A DNA stretch of 64,000 nt from Candidatus Latescibacterota bacterium (GTDB taxonomy: Bacteria; Latescibacterota; UBA2968). The stretch's first letter is position 1, and the number at the start of each line of letters is the position of its first letter. A program made the position numbers and the translations under genes. The notes under the pieces were generated by a model. That model saw only the letters and a program-made list of their open reading frames with translations. It made no database searches and had not been told where the DNA came from. This document shows positions 40,049 through 49,650 of this stretch, one piece after another. The stretch is from contig OZ244960.1 in NCBI GenBank assembly GCA_965222605.1, forward strand, positions 448,001 through 512,000, given 5' to 3'.

Positions 40049-40075
40049 AAACGGAGTCCTGCTGTACAACCACAC

Positions 40076-40165
40076 GGTAAATTAGAAAAGGATTCAGTTA
40101 TTTCCATTTTGGAAACAACTGCCCAAGATGGCAAAATTTACCAGACTAAGTATTACAATCTCGAT
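40076..40165 (+). pseudogene. Fragment of a second RhuM-type gene
   Basis: GKLEKDSVISILETTAQDGKIYQTKYYNLD. Confidence 0.6.
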
Positions 40166-40171
40166 AAAGAC

Positions 40172-40393
40172 ATGAGCAAGAGACCTTCAGAAAATTCTAC
40201 TGAGATTGTTAGCGAGACCGACACTTCAGATGATCGTGCGAACGGGCTTGTGCAGTTGGTCCAGTCATGGATGGATGAGGGCGATACTGGCGAACAGCGG
40301 GAAACGCTCGAGTACCTCATTCACGCTTTGGATGAAGACCGGCTATCCAGCCGTAAGCTCTTTCCAAAGAAAATGAAAGGAAAGAGTTGGTAG
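40172..40393 (+). CDS. Small acidic hypothetical protein, resembling antitoxins found upstream of PIN toxins; orphan here
   Basis: LVQSWMDEGDTGEQRETLEYLIHALDEDRLSSRKLF. Confidence 0.5.
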   Translation: MSKRPSENSTEIVSETDTSDDRANGLVQLVQSWMDEGDTGEQRETLEYLIHALDEDRLSSRKLFPKKMKGKSW

Positions 40394-40440
40394 CGTGCCT
40401 CCTACACATCCGATTGGCTGGAATACAAGGAATCTCAACA

Positions 40441-40773
40441 ATGAGAAAAATGAGAAGGTACCGCGATTTCTTGATTGAAGAACTTGCTGATGCTAAAATT
40501 GAGGAGACCCTCTCCTACCTGCAAGTCTCACTGGAAGAATACCAAAAAGACGGGTATGGCGATGTCCTGTATCTTGCTTATGAGACGGCGATTAAAGCGC
40601 AAGGCGGTGCGCGAGAATTTGCCCGAAAGACGCATAGCAATCCTCAAGACGTGGCGCAGGCGATGTCAAACAAGGACGAGACGCTGATTGCGAACATCAT
40701 CGCCCAACTGCCCGCGACGCAATGCGAGACCTCTGAAATAGAGACCGAGAAATTGCAGACGGTCAAGACCTGA
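40441..40773 (+). CDS. Addiction-module antidote (HigA-like antitoxin), copy 1
   Basis: YRDFLIEEL...YLQVSLEEY...KAQGG. Preceded by a vestigial toxin tail (WLEYKESQQ*) with ATGA overlap. Confidence 0.75.
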   Translation: MRKMRRYRDFLIEELADAKIEETLSYLQVSLEEYQKDGYGDVLYLAYETAIKAQGGAREFARKTHSNPQDVAQAMSNKDETLIANIIAQLPATQCETSEIETEKLQTVKT

Positions 40774-40809
40774 AATTGCGCCATGAGCCAAGCAGAGGGC
40801 AGATAGAGG

Positions 40810-41145
40810 ATGCTTGCTACGCAACCGAGAAAACTGCAAATTTACCAGCATTCAAATGGGCGAGAGCCTTTCACCGAATGGTTTGAGTCACGCGATCAAA
40901 AGACGCGAAGTCGGATCCGAACACGCCTTGGTCGTCTTGAAAGCGGCTATTTTATCGATTGCAAATCTATCGGCGAAGGTATTTTTGAAAGCCGTTTCCA
41001 TTTCGGAGCAGGCTATCGCATATATTTTGGTATAGTCGGCAACACCATCGTCCTGTTGCTCTGCGGCGGCGATAAGTCTTCGCAAACGCGAGACATTGGA
41101 CGCGCAAAAACCTATTGGCAAAATTACAAGGAGACCCAACGATGA
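40810..41145 (+). CDS. RelE/ParE-superfamily addiction-module killer toxin (HigB/Gp49-like), copy 1
   Basis: PFTEWF...RIRTRL.RL..G...D.KSIGEGIFE.RFHFGAGYRIYF...LLLCGGDKSSQ.RDI..A. Confidence 0.9.
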   Translation: MLATQPRKLQIYQHSNGREPFTEWFESRDQKTRSRIRTRLGRLESGYFIDCKSIGEGIFESRFHFGAGYRIYFGIVGNTIVLLLCGGDKSSQTRDIGRAKTYWQNYKETQR

Positions 41146-41468
41146 GAAAAATGAGAAATTATCGCGACTACTTAATCGAAGGGCTTTCTGACTTTGAGGA
41201 GGCCATCTCCTATCTTCAAACGGAATTGGAAGAATACCAAAAAGACGGGAATAGTGCCGCGCTTTATTACGGATTCAGTGCGGCTGTTGAAGGACAAGGC
41301 GGTACGCGAGAATTTGCCCGAAAGACGCATAGCAATCCTCAAGATGTGGCGAATGCCATGTCAAACAAGGACGAGACGCTGATTGCGAACATCATCGCCC
41401 AACTGCCCGCGACGCAATGCGAGACCTCTGAAATAGAGATCGAGAAATTGCGAGTGGTCAAGACCTGA
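41142..41468 (+). CDS. Addiction-module antidote, copy 2
   Basis: ATGA overlap with toxin 1. C-terminal half nearly identical to copy 1. Confidence 0.78.
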   Translation: MRKMRNYRDYLIEGLSDFEEAISYLQTELEEYQKDGNSAALYYGFSAAVEGQGGTREFARKTHSNPQDVANAMSNKDETLIANIIAQLPATQCETSEIEIEKLRVVKT

Positions 41469-41504
41469 AATTGCGCCATGAGCCAGGCAGAGGGCGGATA
41501 GAGG

Positions 41505-41840
41505 ATGCTTGCTACGCAACCGAGGAAACTGCAAATTTACCAGCATCCAAATGGGCGAGTGCCTTTCACTGAATGGTTGGAATCACGCGATCAAAAAACG
41601 CAGGACCGGATTCAAGAACGCCTTACCCGTCTTGCGGGCGGCAATTTTGGCGACTGGAAATCTGTCGGCGAAGGTATTTTTGAAAGCCGTTTCCATTTCG
41701 GAGCAGGCTATCGCATCTATTTTGGCATAGTCGGCAACACCATCGTCCTGCTGCTCTGCGGCGGCGATAAGTCTTCGCAAATGAGAGACATTGAACGCGC
41801 AAAAACCTATTGGCAAAATTACAAGGAAACCCAGCGATGA
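41505..41840 (+). CDS. RelE/ParE-superfamily killer toxin, copy 2
   Basis: 95/111 aa identical to copy 1. Repeat period 695 bp. Confidence 0.9.
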   Translation: MLATQPRKLQIYQHPNGRVPFTEWLESRDQKTQDRIQERLTRLAGGNFGDWKSVGEGIFESRFHFGAGYRIYFGIVGNTIVLLLCGGDKSSQMRDIERAKTYWQNYKETQR

Positions 41841-43306
41841 GACAGATGATAGATTTCAGCGACTACTTAATCGAAAAGTTTTCGGATATCGATAAAGCTC
41901 TCTCCTTCCTTAAAGTCGCATTGGAAGAGTACAAAAAAGATCCGGATGGTGCCGCGCTTTATTACGGATTCAGTGCAGCTGTTGAAGCACAAGGCGGTGT
42001 TCAAAAATTTGCACTGAAAACCCACAGTGCCCCACAAGCCGTATCGGATGCCTTGTTGAGCAAGAATGAGACGCAGATTGCTGAATTACTTAAAAAGCAG
42101 GTATTGGCAAAAAGAGGAGAGGACAAAGATATAGCGCAAAATGGGCCTTTGCCGAAGGGGTGGCGGGAAATAAAGTTGGGGGACTTGTGTTCTGATATTG
42201 CATATGGATATACTGCCACTGCAAGTAACGAACCTATCGGTCCCAAGTTTCTGAGAATTACAGATATTGTTTCAGACAGTATAAATTGGGAAAGCGTCCC
42301 ATATTGTGAAATAGAAGACAGCAAAAAACACAGGTACACATTAGAAACTGGAGATATAGTCATTGCAAGAACAGGGGCAACCACTGGATACAATCAGGTT
42401 GTAAGATCAAATGAGCATTCCGTATTTGCTTCATATCTTATTCGGTACAAATTAAGACAGGATATAGCATATCCATTTTTCATTGGTTGCGTTCTAAAAT
42501 CCACATATTGGAAACGTTTTGTAGAAAGAATCAAAGCCCGTTCTGCACAGCCAGGAGCCAATGCAAAAGATTTTGCAAGTTTCAAGATTCTCTTACCTAC
42601 ATTTTCCGAACAAAAAGCCATTGCGTCTTTACTGGAAAAATGGGACATAGCCATTGAGAAAACCGAAGCACTGATAGAGGCGAAGGAGGAGAGGTTTAAG
42701 TGGTTAATTACCAAATTGATAGCACAAAGTTGCAAGCATTGGAATCATTATAAAGCCAGCGAACTTTTTAAAAACATATCTTGTAAAGGATATCCGGACG
42801 AAGAACTACTATCCGTCACACAAGATAGAGGAGTTATCCCACGCAACATGCTTGAAGGTAGAGTGATGTCCCCTACAAGTGGAACGGATAGTTACAAATT
42901 GGTAGAACCAGGTAACTTTGTTATCAGCCTACGCTCTTTTCAGGGCGGCTTAGAGTATTCAAAATATCGGGGAATCATCAGTCCAGCATACACGGTTTTG
43001 TTGCCTAAGAAAAAAATTAATGATGACTTTTACAGACATTTCTTTAAGACCTATATCTTCGTGGAAAAGTATTTGGCACTGGCAGTTGTCGGTATTCGCG
43101 ACGGTAAGCAGATTAATTTTGAAGCTTTTAAATCTATCAAACTGCCGCTTCCCTCATTGTCAGAACAACAACGCATTGCCAAAATCCTCAACACTGCTCA
43201 ACAAGAAATAAACCTACTCAAACAACTCGCTGACCAATACCGCACACAAAAACGCGGATTGATGCAGAAATTATTAACTGGACAGTGGAGAATGAGCAAT
43301 CAATAA
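41837..43306 (+). CDS. hsdS: Antitoxin(copy 3)-HsdS fusion: antidote domain plus full two-TRD type I specificity subunit
   Basis: The first ~85 aa are homologous to antidotes 1 and 2. They are followed by LPKGWREIKLGD...EQKAIA...EQQRIAKIL...KRGLMQKLLTG with no stop in between. Confidence 0.88.
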   Translation: MRQMIDFSDYLIEKFSDIDKALSFLKVALEEYKKDPDGAALYYGFSAAVEAQGGVQKFALKTHSAPQAVSDALLSKNETQIAELLKKQVLAKRGEDKDIAQNGPLPKGWREIKLGDLCSDIAYGYTATASNEPIGPKFLRITDIVSDSINWESVPYCEIEDSKKHRYTLETGDIVIARTGATTGYNQVVRSNEHSVFASYLIRYKLRQDIAYPFFIGCVLKSTYWKRFVERIKARSAQPGANAKDFASFKILLPTFSEQKAIASLLEKWDIAIEKTEALIEAKEERFKWLITKLIAQSCKHWNHYKASELFKNISCKGYPDEELLSVTQDRGVIPRNMLEGRVMSPTSGTDSYKLVEPGNFVISLRSFQGGLEYSKYRGIISPAYTVLLPKKKINDDFYRHFFKTYIFVEKYLALAVVGIRDGKQINFEAFKSIKLPLPSLSEQQRIAKILNTAQQEINLLKQLADQYRTQKRGLMQKLLTGQWRMSNQ

Positions 43307-43318
43307 AAGGGACATTGT

Positions 43319-43777
43319 ATGAAAACAATTTATGCAATTTATACACTTTTTTTTTATCACCTTTCTCTGATGGGTTTAGGATTATATGTTCGTTTTGGAT
43401 GGTATGATTATGCACTCTGGAAGTTCAATCCTATCTGGTTAGATGTTTCATTATTTGGACTTGCGGGAGGGAGTGTTTACTGCTTACGAGGTCTCTATTT
43501 TCATTATTGTGTTGAGAAAGATTGGGACAATGTTTGGTTCGTATGGCATTTGATCCGTCCATTTGTGAGTACTGTTTGCGGCGCAGTAAGTTTGGTATTT
43601 GTTAAGGCAGGTCTATTGCTGTTCGGAGGGGCCTCAGTCGAAATGCAAAATCACTATGGAGTTTATGCCCTTGCTTTTATAGCAGGATTGAATGTTGACA
43701 ATTTCGTAAAAAAAATAGAGCTAATTTTCAAAGAAACTGTAGGGATTGAACAAACTCGAACATCAGGAGAAAAATAA
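43319..43777 (+). CDS. Small multi-pass (3-4 TM) membrane protein
   Basis: Hydrophobic helices GLAGGSVYCLRG, WHLIRPFVS and ALAFIAGL. AT-rich. Confidence 0.75.
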   Translation: MKTIYAIYTLFFYHLSLMGLGLYVRFGWYDYALWKFNPIWLDVSLFGLAGGSVYCLRGLYFHYCVEKDWDNVWFVWHLIRPFVSTVCGAVSLVFVKAGLLLFGGASVEMQNHYGVYALAFIAGLNVDNFVKKIELIFKETVGIEQTRTSGEK

Positions 43778-43779
43778 GT

Positions 43780-44664
43780 ATGAGTATTATCAAATCTTTA
43801 TCTGTAGGGAATGGGGATATGTTCTATATCAAACACAATTCAGACAATTTTTCGATAATTGACTGTTGTATGGATGAAGATGATAGAGAAGATATTGTCA
43901 AAGAATTACGGAGAGAGGCCAACGGCAAAAACATCAGAAGATTCATCTCTACGCATCCTGATGATGACCACATTAGAGGGCTTCAATATCTCAATAAGGA
44001 ATGGCCGATATTGAATTTTTACTGCGTAAAGAATGAAACCACAAAGGAAGATGAGACAGATGATTTTGATGAGTACTGTGAATTGAGAGATTCTGATAAG
44101 GCCTTTTACTTAGAAAAAGGCTGTACGCGACGTTGGATGAATCAGTCTAATGAAGAGCGAGGTAGTGCAGGTATTAATATACTTTGGCCTGTCACCAGCA
44201 ATGAGGATTACAAAAACGCCCTTCAAGAGGCGGCACAAGGTAAGAGCCCTAACAACATATCACCGATAATAAAATATTCTCTAAACGATGGAGCCAACGT
44301 ATTGTGGATGGGCGACTTAGAAACTGACTTTATGGAAAAGATTGAAGATAACGTATCGCTTGAAGAAGTTGATATCCTCTTCGCCCCCCACCACGGAAGA
44401 GACAGTGGCAAAGTGCCCAAGTCCTGGTTAGATACATTAAATCCGAAAATTATTGTTATCGGCGAAGCCCCTTCTCAACATCTAAATTACTATCAAGGTT
44501 TTGACACTATAAAACAAAATTCTGCTGGAGATATGGTATTTAAATGCGTTACGAGCGCAGTACATATCTATGTTGAAAATGAATCTTATCAAGAAGATTT
44601 TTTGAACGATGAAAACAAAGGGGACGATTACGATCTGTATTATTTAGGTACTCTAAACTTGTAA
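43780..44664 (+). CDS. ComEC/Rec2-like metallo-beta-lactamase-fold hydrolase
   Basis: Motifs SVGNGD, IIDC, THPDDDH, NNIS, MGDLE and APHHG. Confidence 0.85.
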   Translation: MSIIKSLSVGNGDMFYIKHNSDNFSIIDCCMDEDDREDIVKELRREANGKNIRRFISTHPDDDHIRGLQYLNKEWPILNFYCVKNETTKEDETDDFDEYCELRDSDKAFYLEKGCTRRWMNQSNEERGSAGINILWPVTSNEDYKNALQEAAQGKSPNNISPIIKYSLNDGANVLWMGDLETDFMEKIEDNVSLEEVDILFAPHHGRDSGKVPKSWLDTLNPKIIVIGEAPSQHLNYYQGFDTIKQNSAGDMVFKCVTSAVHIYVENESYQEDFLNDENKGDDYDLYYLGTLNL

Positions 44665-44789
44665 GCACTTAAACACGCTTCGGGAGATCAATTTAACGGC
44701 CAGACACGTCACAATTTACATTTTACTCAATACAATGAGCAAAGAAACATTCATCTACGCCTCATCCCTGCTCTCATAGGAACAACGTA

Positions 44790-47700
44790 ATGCCTACCTT
44801 CCCTTTTAGCGAAAAACATCTTTCCCAGATACCCGCTCTGCAACAGCTAATTAACATGGGCTACCGGTATCTGTCCCCCGATAAGGCGATGGTAGAACGC
44901 GGTGGGCGCGCCTCCAATGTTCTGCTGGAAAACATCTTGCGCGATCAGCTCAAAAAAATAAATCGCATTCGCTACAAAGGCGATGTGTATCTGTTCAGCG
45001 AGGAGAATATTCAATCCGCCATTCAAAAAATGAAAAATGTCCAATACGATGGCTTGCAAAAAACAAACGAAGTGATCTACGACCTGATAACGCTTGGCAC
45101 ATCACTTGAACAAACAATTGAGAGCAATTCCAAAAGTTATACCCTGAACTACATCGACTGGAAAAATCCCGCGAACAATGTTTTTCACGCCACAGCGGAA
45201 TTTTCCGTTGAACGCGCCCGCAGCATGGAAACCGCAAGGCCTGACATTGTATTATTTGTGAACGGCATTCCCCTTGTCGTAATCGAGTGCAAAGGCTCCG
45301 ATGTAGATGTGGATCAAGCCATATCTCAAACAATCCGCAATCAGGGGGAGGAATACATCCCGCGCCTTTTCATTTACGCGCAGATATTGCTGGCTATGAA
45401 CAAAAATGAGGCGAAATACGCAACAGTGGGAACCTCAAAGGCATTTTGGAGCATTTGGGACGAATTAGAGGATTCTGAGGGCGATGTGAATGCCATCATC
45501 AATAAAACCCTTTCTGCAACAGACAAAGACGCCTTGTTCCGCGGCGACTTCGCCCTGGCGCAATCGCACTTTGCCGCGCTTGAAAGCACAGGCAACCGAC
45601 TGATCACGGAACAGGATAGATGTCTTTACAATTTGTGTCGTCCAGAGCGTCTGTTGGAACTCATTTACGGCTTTATCGTCTTTGACCTTGGCATTAAGAA
45701 AATTGCCCGATACCAGCAGTTCTTTCTCGTTCGTTCCGCAATAAATCGCATTAAACAAATAGACAATACAGGACGCCGCCAGGGCGGTATTGTCTGGCAC
45801 ACACAGGGTTCTGGAAAATCCATCACAATGGTTATGCTGGCTCGTACTCTGGCTCTGGATCCAGAACTGAATAACTTCCGAATGATTCTCGTTACAGACC
45901 GCAAAGACCTGGATAAACAACTGGGCAACACCTTCGCTGCTTGTGGTCTGGATATGGAGCGGGCTACAACCGGGCGAAATCTGGTCAAACACATCAAAAA
46001 CAGGGTAGGCATCATCACGACGCTGATCAATAAATTCGACAAAGCACTTTCTGCTGAAAAATACGTTGATGATTCAGCGGATATTGTCGTCCTCGTAGAT
46101 GAAAGCCATCGCACAAACTTCGGTTCTCTTGCAGCACGCATGAGGCAGATGTTGCCAAATGCCTGTTACATCGGCTTTACGGGCACGCCATTGCTCAAAA
46201 GAGAGAAGAACAGTTTTGCCAGATTCGGAGGTCTTATTGAACCGCATTATTCCGTGCGACAGGCGATAAAAGACAAGGCAGTGGTCCCCCTGCTGTACGA
46301 AGGACGGCATGTGGAGATAGAGCAAAACGAAAACGCGGTTGATTTGTGGTTTGAACGCCATACGGCAAACCTGACAGACCAACAAAAAGCCGACTTAAAA
46401 AGAAAATATTCCCGTGCAGATGCACTCAACCAGGCAGACCAGGTCGTCTATATGCGCGCGTTTGACATAAGCGAACACTACCGAGTAAACTGGCAGGACA
46501 CCCCATTTAAGGCGCAACTTGTAGCACCCAACAAGGCGACGGCCCTGAAGTATCGAGAATTTTTCAATGAGATAAATGATGTTTCATCGGAGGTCGTCAT
46601 TTCTCCCCCGGATACGCGAGAGGGGCATGAGGAGGTCGGTGAGGAGACAGATGTGGTCAACGCGTTCTGGAACAAAATGATGGCCCGTTATGGTTCTGAG
46701 GATCAATACAACAAGCAAATCATCGCGCAGTTCAAACACGCGGACGAACCGGAAATTTTGATTGTAGTAGATAAACTCATCACCGGATTTGACGCGCCTC
46801 GCAATACCATACTCTATCTGTGCCGCAAGTTGCGCGAACACACATTGCTCCAGGCTATTGCCCGGGTTAATCGCGTGCACGAAAATAAGGAATTTGGCTA
46901 TGTCGTTGATTATGCCAATGTATTGGGTGAACTGGACAAAGCACTAAACGAATACGACGCGCTTGCGGATTTTGACAGAGAGGACCTCGCAGATGTCCTG
47001 GTCTCCATCCAGGAAGAAATACAAAAATTGCCGCAACGTTACTCAGACCTCTGGGATATATTCAAAGAAATTAAAAATTCCCGCGATGAAGAACGCTACG
47101 AAGTCCTGCTATCCGATGACGCATTGCGGGAGGATTTTTATGAACGCCTCACGGAGTACGGCAAGACTCTCGCCATCGCGCTTTCATCTGAGCAGTTCAT
47201 TATGCAAACCGACGAGGCTCAACTCAAACGCTACAAAAGCGACCTCTCGCGTTTTGTGAAACTGAGAAAGGCGGTCAGACTGCGCTACGCCGAAGCCATT
47301 GATTACGGCGACTATGACTCCCGAATTACAAAGTTGCTAAACACGCATATTCAGGCAAACGAGGTCACCCAATTAAACACCCCCGTGAATATTTTTGATG
47401 ACAATACCTCTTTTATGGTCAGAGAGACGGGGGGCATTTATCGCACCCAAAACACGGCGGCAAGTGCCGACCAGATCGCGCATGCGACCAGGCGTAAGAT
47501 TACCGAAAACATGGATAAAGACCCCGCTTTTTATGAGAAATTCTCAAAACTCATTCAGGAGGCAATCGACGATTTCAGGCAGCAACGGATATTAGCCCTG
47601 GATTATCTGCAAAAGGTGAGCGATATTCGAGATAAGGTCGAAAACACACAACGCGACGATGTCCCCGATGAGATTCGCAATAACAGTGAAGCCTGTGCGT

Positions 47701-47984
47701 ATTTTGGCGCAATTAAACCTTGTTTGTCAAAAATTGATCTGGATGAAAGCCAGACCGATGACATTGCAATAAAAACAACGCTTGCCATTCAAACCGCGAT
47801 AGACAAAAATTGGAAGGTAGATTTTTGGAACGATAGCGACGCGCAAAATACCGTAAAAAACGAGATTGATGATTTCTTTTACGATGTGGTGGAAGACGTA
47901 TATGGCATTGATTTATCGTCGGAACAGATGGACGAAATAATCAGCCAAACCATGAGGATCGCCAAATTCTGGAGGCCCGCTTAA
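44790..47984 (+). CDS. hsdR: Type I RM restriction subunit R
   Basis: Motifs RPDIVLFVNGIPLVVIECK, WHTQGSGKS, DESHR, FTGTP, TGFDAP and QAIARVNR. Confidence 0.97.
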   Translation: MPTFPFSEKHLSQIPALQQLINMGYRYLSPDKAMVERGGRASNVLLENILRDQLKKINRIRYKGDVYLFSEENIQSAIQKMKNVQYDGLQKTNEVIYDLITLGTSLEQTIESNSKSYTLNYIDWKNPANNVFHATAEFSVERARSMETARPDIVLFVNGIPLVVIECKGSDVDVDQAISQTIRNQGEEYIPRLFIYAQILLAMNKNEAKYATVGTSKAFWSIWDELEDSEGDVNAIINKTLSATDKDALFRGDFALAQSHFAALESTGNRLITEQDRCLYNLCRPERLLELIYGFIVFDLGIKKIARYQQFFLVRSAINRIKQIDNTGRRQGGIVWHTQGSGKSITMVMLARTLALDPELNNFRMILVTDRKDLDKQLGNTFAACGLDMERATTGRNLVKHIKNRVGIITTLINKFDKALSAEKYVDDSADIVVLVDESHRTNFGSLAARMRQMLPNACYIGFTGTPLLKREKNSFARFGGLIEPHYSVRQAIKDKAVVPLLYEGRHVEIEQNENAVDLWFERHTANLTDQQKADLKRKYSRADALNQADQVVYMRAFDISEHYRVNWQDTPFKAQLVAPNKATALKYREFFNEINDVSSEVVISPPDTREGHEEVGEETDVVNAFWNKMMARYGSEDQYNKQIIAQFKHADEPEILIVVDKLITGFDAPRNTILYLCRKLREHTLLQAIARVNRVHENKEFGYVVDYANVLGELDKALNEYDALADFDREDLADVLVSIQEEIQKLPQRYSDLWDIFKEIKNSRDEERYEVLLSDDALREDFYERLTEYGKTLAIALSSEQFIMQTDEAQLKRYKSDLSRFVKLRKAVRLRYAEAIDYGDYDSRITKLLNTHIQANEVTQLNTPVNIFDDNTSFMVRETGGIYRTQNTAASADQIAHATRRKITENMDKDPAFYEKFSKLIQEAIDDFRQQRILALDYLQKVSDIRDKVENTQRDDVPDEIRNNSEACAYFGAIKPCLSKIDLDESQTDDIAIKTTLAIQTAIDKNWKVDFWNDSDAQNTVKNEIDDFFYDVVEDVYGIDLSSEQMDEIISQTMRIAKFWRPA

Positions 47985-48694
47985 TGTCGGAAACTCAGCA
48001 CGCCATCACATACGCGGGCAAATCCATTCCCTTTTATCTGAGTTATTCCAACAGGAAATCTATCGAAATTGCCGTTCATCCAGATGGCTTAGTGACTGTA
48101 AAAGCACCACTGGAAACAGATAAAAACCTCATCGAGCGTCGCGTTTACAAACGCGCGCGTTGGATAAGACGCCAGATTCGCTATTTTGCACAGTTTGACC
48201 CGCGAACTCCAGAGCGGCGGTTTGTCGGAGGTGAAAGCCACCTGTACCTGGGCAAAAAGTATCGGCTAAAGATAAGACAGGCAGAAACGGACAAAGTCTT
48301 GCTAAAGCATGGATTTTTTCACATCACAACGGTTAATAACGAGCCAGAACATATCGCTATATTGCTTGAAGAATGGTACCGAAGCAAGGCGAATATTTAT
48401 TTTTTGAAAGTGTTTGAAGAATGCTGGTGTCCCTTTCAGAAAAAAGGGGTGGATAAACCCACCCTTAAAATCCGCAATATGAAAACGCGCTGGGGCAGTT
48501 TGAGCAGAAAAGGCAGCCTGACATTGAATTTGGAACTCATAAAAGCACCCAGAGAATGTATTGAATACGTCGTTATCCACGAGCTATGCCACCTGTTTCA
48601 TCCCAATCACGGGGCAGAGTTTTATAACTTGCTTGAGCGCATGCTCCCCGATTGGATAAAACGAAAGCACAAATTGGAAATGTCACTGTCTTAG
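47984..48694 (+). CDS. YgjP/DUF45 (SprT-like) zinc metalloprotease
   Basis: Motifs MKTRWGS and YVVIHELCHL..PNH. Typical hsdR neighbour. Confidence 0.9.
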   Translation: MSETQHAITYAGKSIPFYLSYSNRKSIEIAVHPDGLVTVKAPLETDKNLIERRVYKRARWIRRQIRYFAQFDPRTPERRFVGGESHLYLGKKYRLKIRQAETDKVLLKHGFFHITTVNNEPEHIAILLEEWYRSKANIYFLKVFEECWCPFQKKGVDKPTLKIRNMKTRWGSLSRKGSLTLNLELIKAPRECIEYVVIHELCHLFHPNHGAEFYNLLERMLPDWIKRKHKLEMSLS

Positions 48695-48767
48695 AATCTG
48701 TTCCAGATTTCAATTCACGCACCAGATCACAACTTATCTAAAGCCACATCAAAAAGGACCCCCAACA

Positions 48768-49643
48768 ATGACCACCCCAAATTGGAATATCCTTCCCAAG
48801 GAAACCATCCAGGAATTCGACGAAAAGGGCTGTCTGATTGTGCGCCGGGCGCTCGATCAAAAAACGGTCGCACACCTGCTCGAAATATGCGACCACCTCA
48901 TTGACAGCGACGAAAAAACAAATCGACAAACGCGCGAAAATGGATATTACGATGGCTTTCGCAACTGCATCGCCTTAGACGATGCCTTTCTGCCACTCCT
49001 CACACAACCCAAAATATTCCCCATGGTCGTGCAATTCCTCGGCGCTTATCTTCACCTCACCACCTCACACCTGATTTACAAACACCCCGACCCGCCCGGC
49101 ACGCCTGCTTTTGCCCGAGCACCAAACTGGCATCGCGATTACGGCCGCCTCAACAGCGACCTCCAGCACGCAGCGCCCCGAGGCATGCTCAAATGCGCCT
49201 ATTACCTCTCCGATCTCACCGAACCCAATGCGGGCGCCACACTCGTCGTACCCGGAAGTAATCTCTTGCGAGAACCACTCGACATTCCCTCAAACGGCGA
49301 TCCAGAAGGCGCACTCGAACCGCGCCTCGAACCCGGGGACTGTCTCATCTTTGAAAACCGGACCTATCACGCTGGCGGAGTCAACCTATCCGGCCAGACC
49401 CGCAAAGTCATCATGTTCGGTTATGGCTACCGGTGGCTCGCCCCCATAGATTACCGCGTACAGCCCCAATCGCTATTGGACAAACTCGATCCATTGGGCC
49501 AGTACCTCCTTGGCGAAATACTGGTCAAAACAGAAGAATATCAAACCAGCGGCGGTGAAACCCCGCTCAAACCCTGGTGCGAACAAAACAACCTGCCCCT
49601 TGTCAGACCACCAGTATGGCAAGAGGATCTGGCTCTTGCTTGA
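48768..49643 (+). CDS. Phytanoyl-CoA dioxygenase (PhyH) family
   Basis: Motifs WHRD, GATLVVPGSN and PGDCLIF...YHAG..N.S...R. Confidence 0.9.
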   Translation: MTTPNWNILPKETIQEFDEKGCLIVRRALDQKTVAHLLEICDHLIDSDEKTNRQTRENGYYDGFRNCIALDDAFLPLLTQPKIFPMVVQFLGAYLHLTTSHLIYKHPDPPGTPAFARAPNWHRDYGRLNSDLQHAAPRGMLKCAYYLSDLTEPNAGATLVVPGSNLLREPLDIPSNGDPEGALEPRLEPGDCLIFENRTYHAGGVNLSGQTRKVIMFGYGYRWLAPIDYRVQPQSLLDKLDPLGQYLLGEILVKTEEYQTSGGETPLKPWCEQNNLPLVRPPVWQEDLALA

Positions 49644-49650
49644 TTACCAA

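Noticed and set aside
40600-41840. DGR template/variable repeat pair
   Set aside because: Differences are not restricted to adenines, both copies are intact genes, and no reverse transcriptase is in the window.
47984-48694. Metalloprotease after hsdR as a novel component
   Set aside because: YgjP/DUF45 genes are routine neighbours of hsdR. rhuM is likewise common in these loci.
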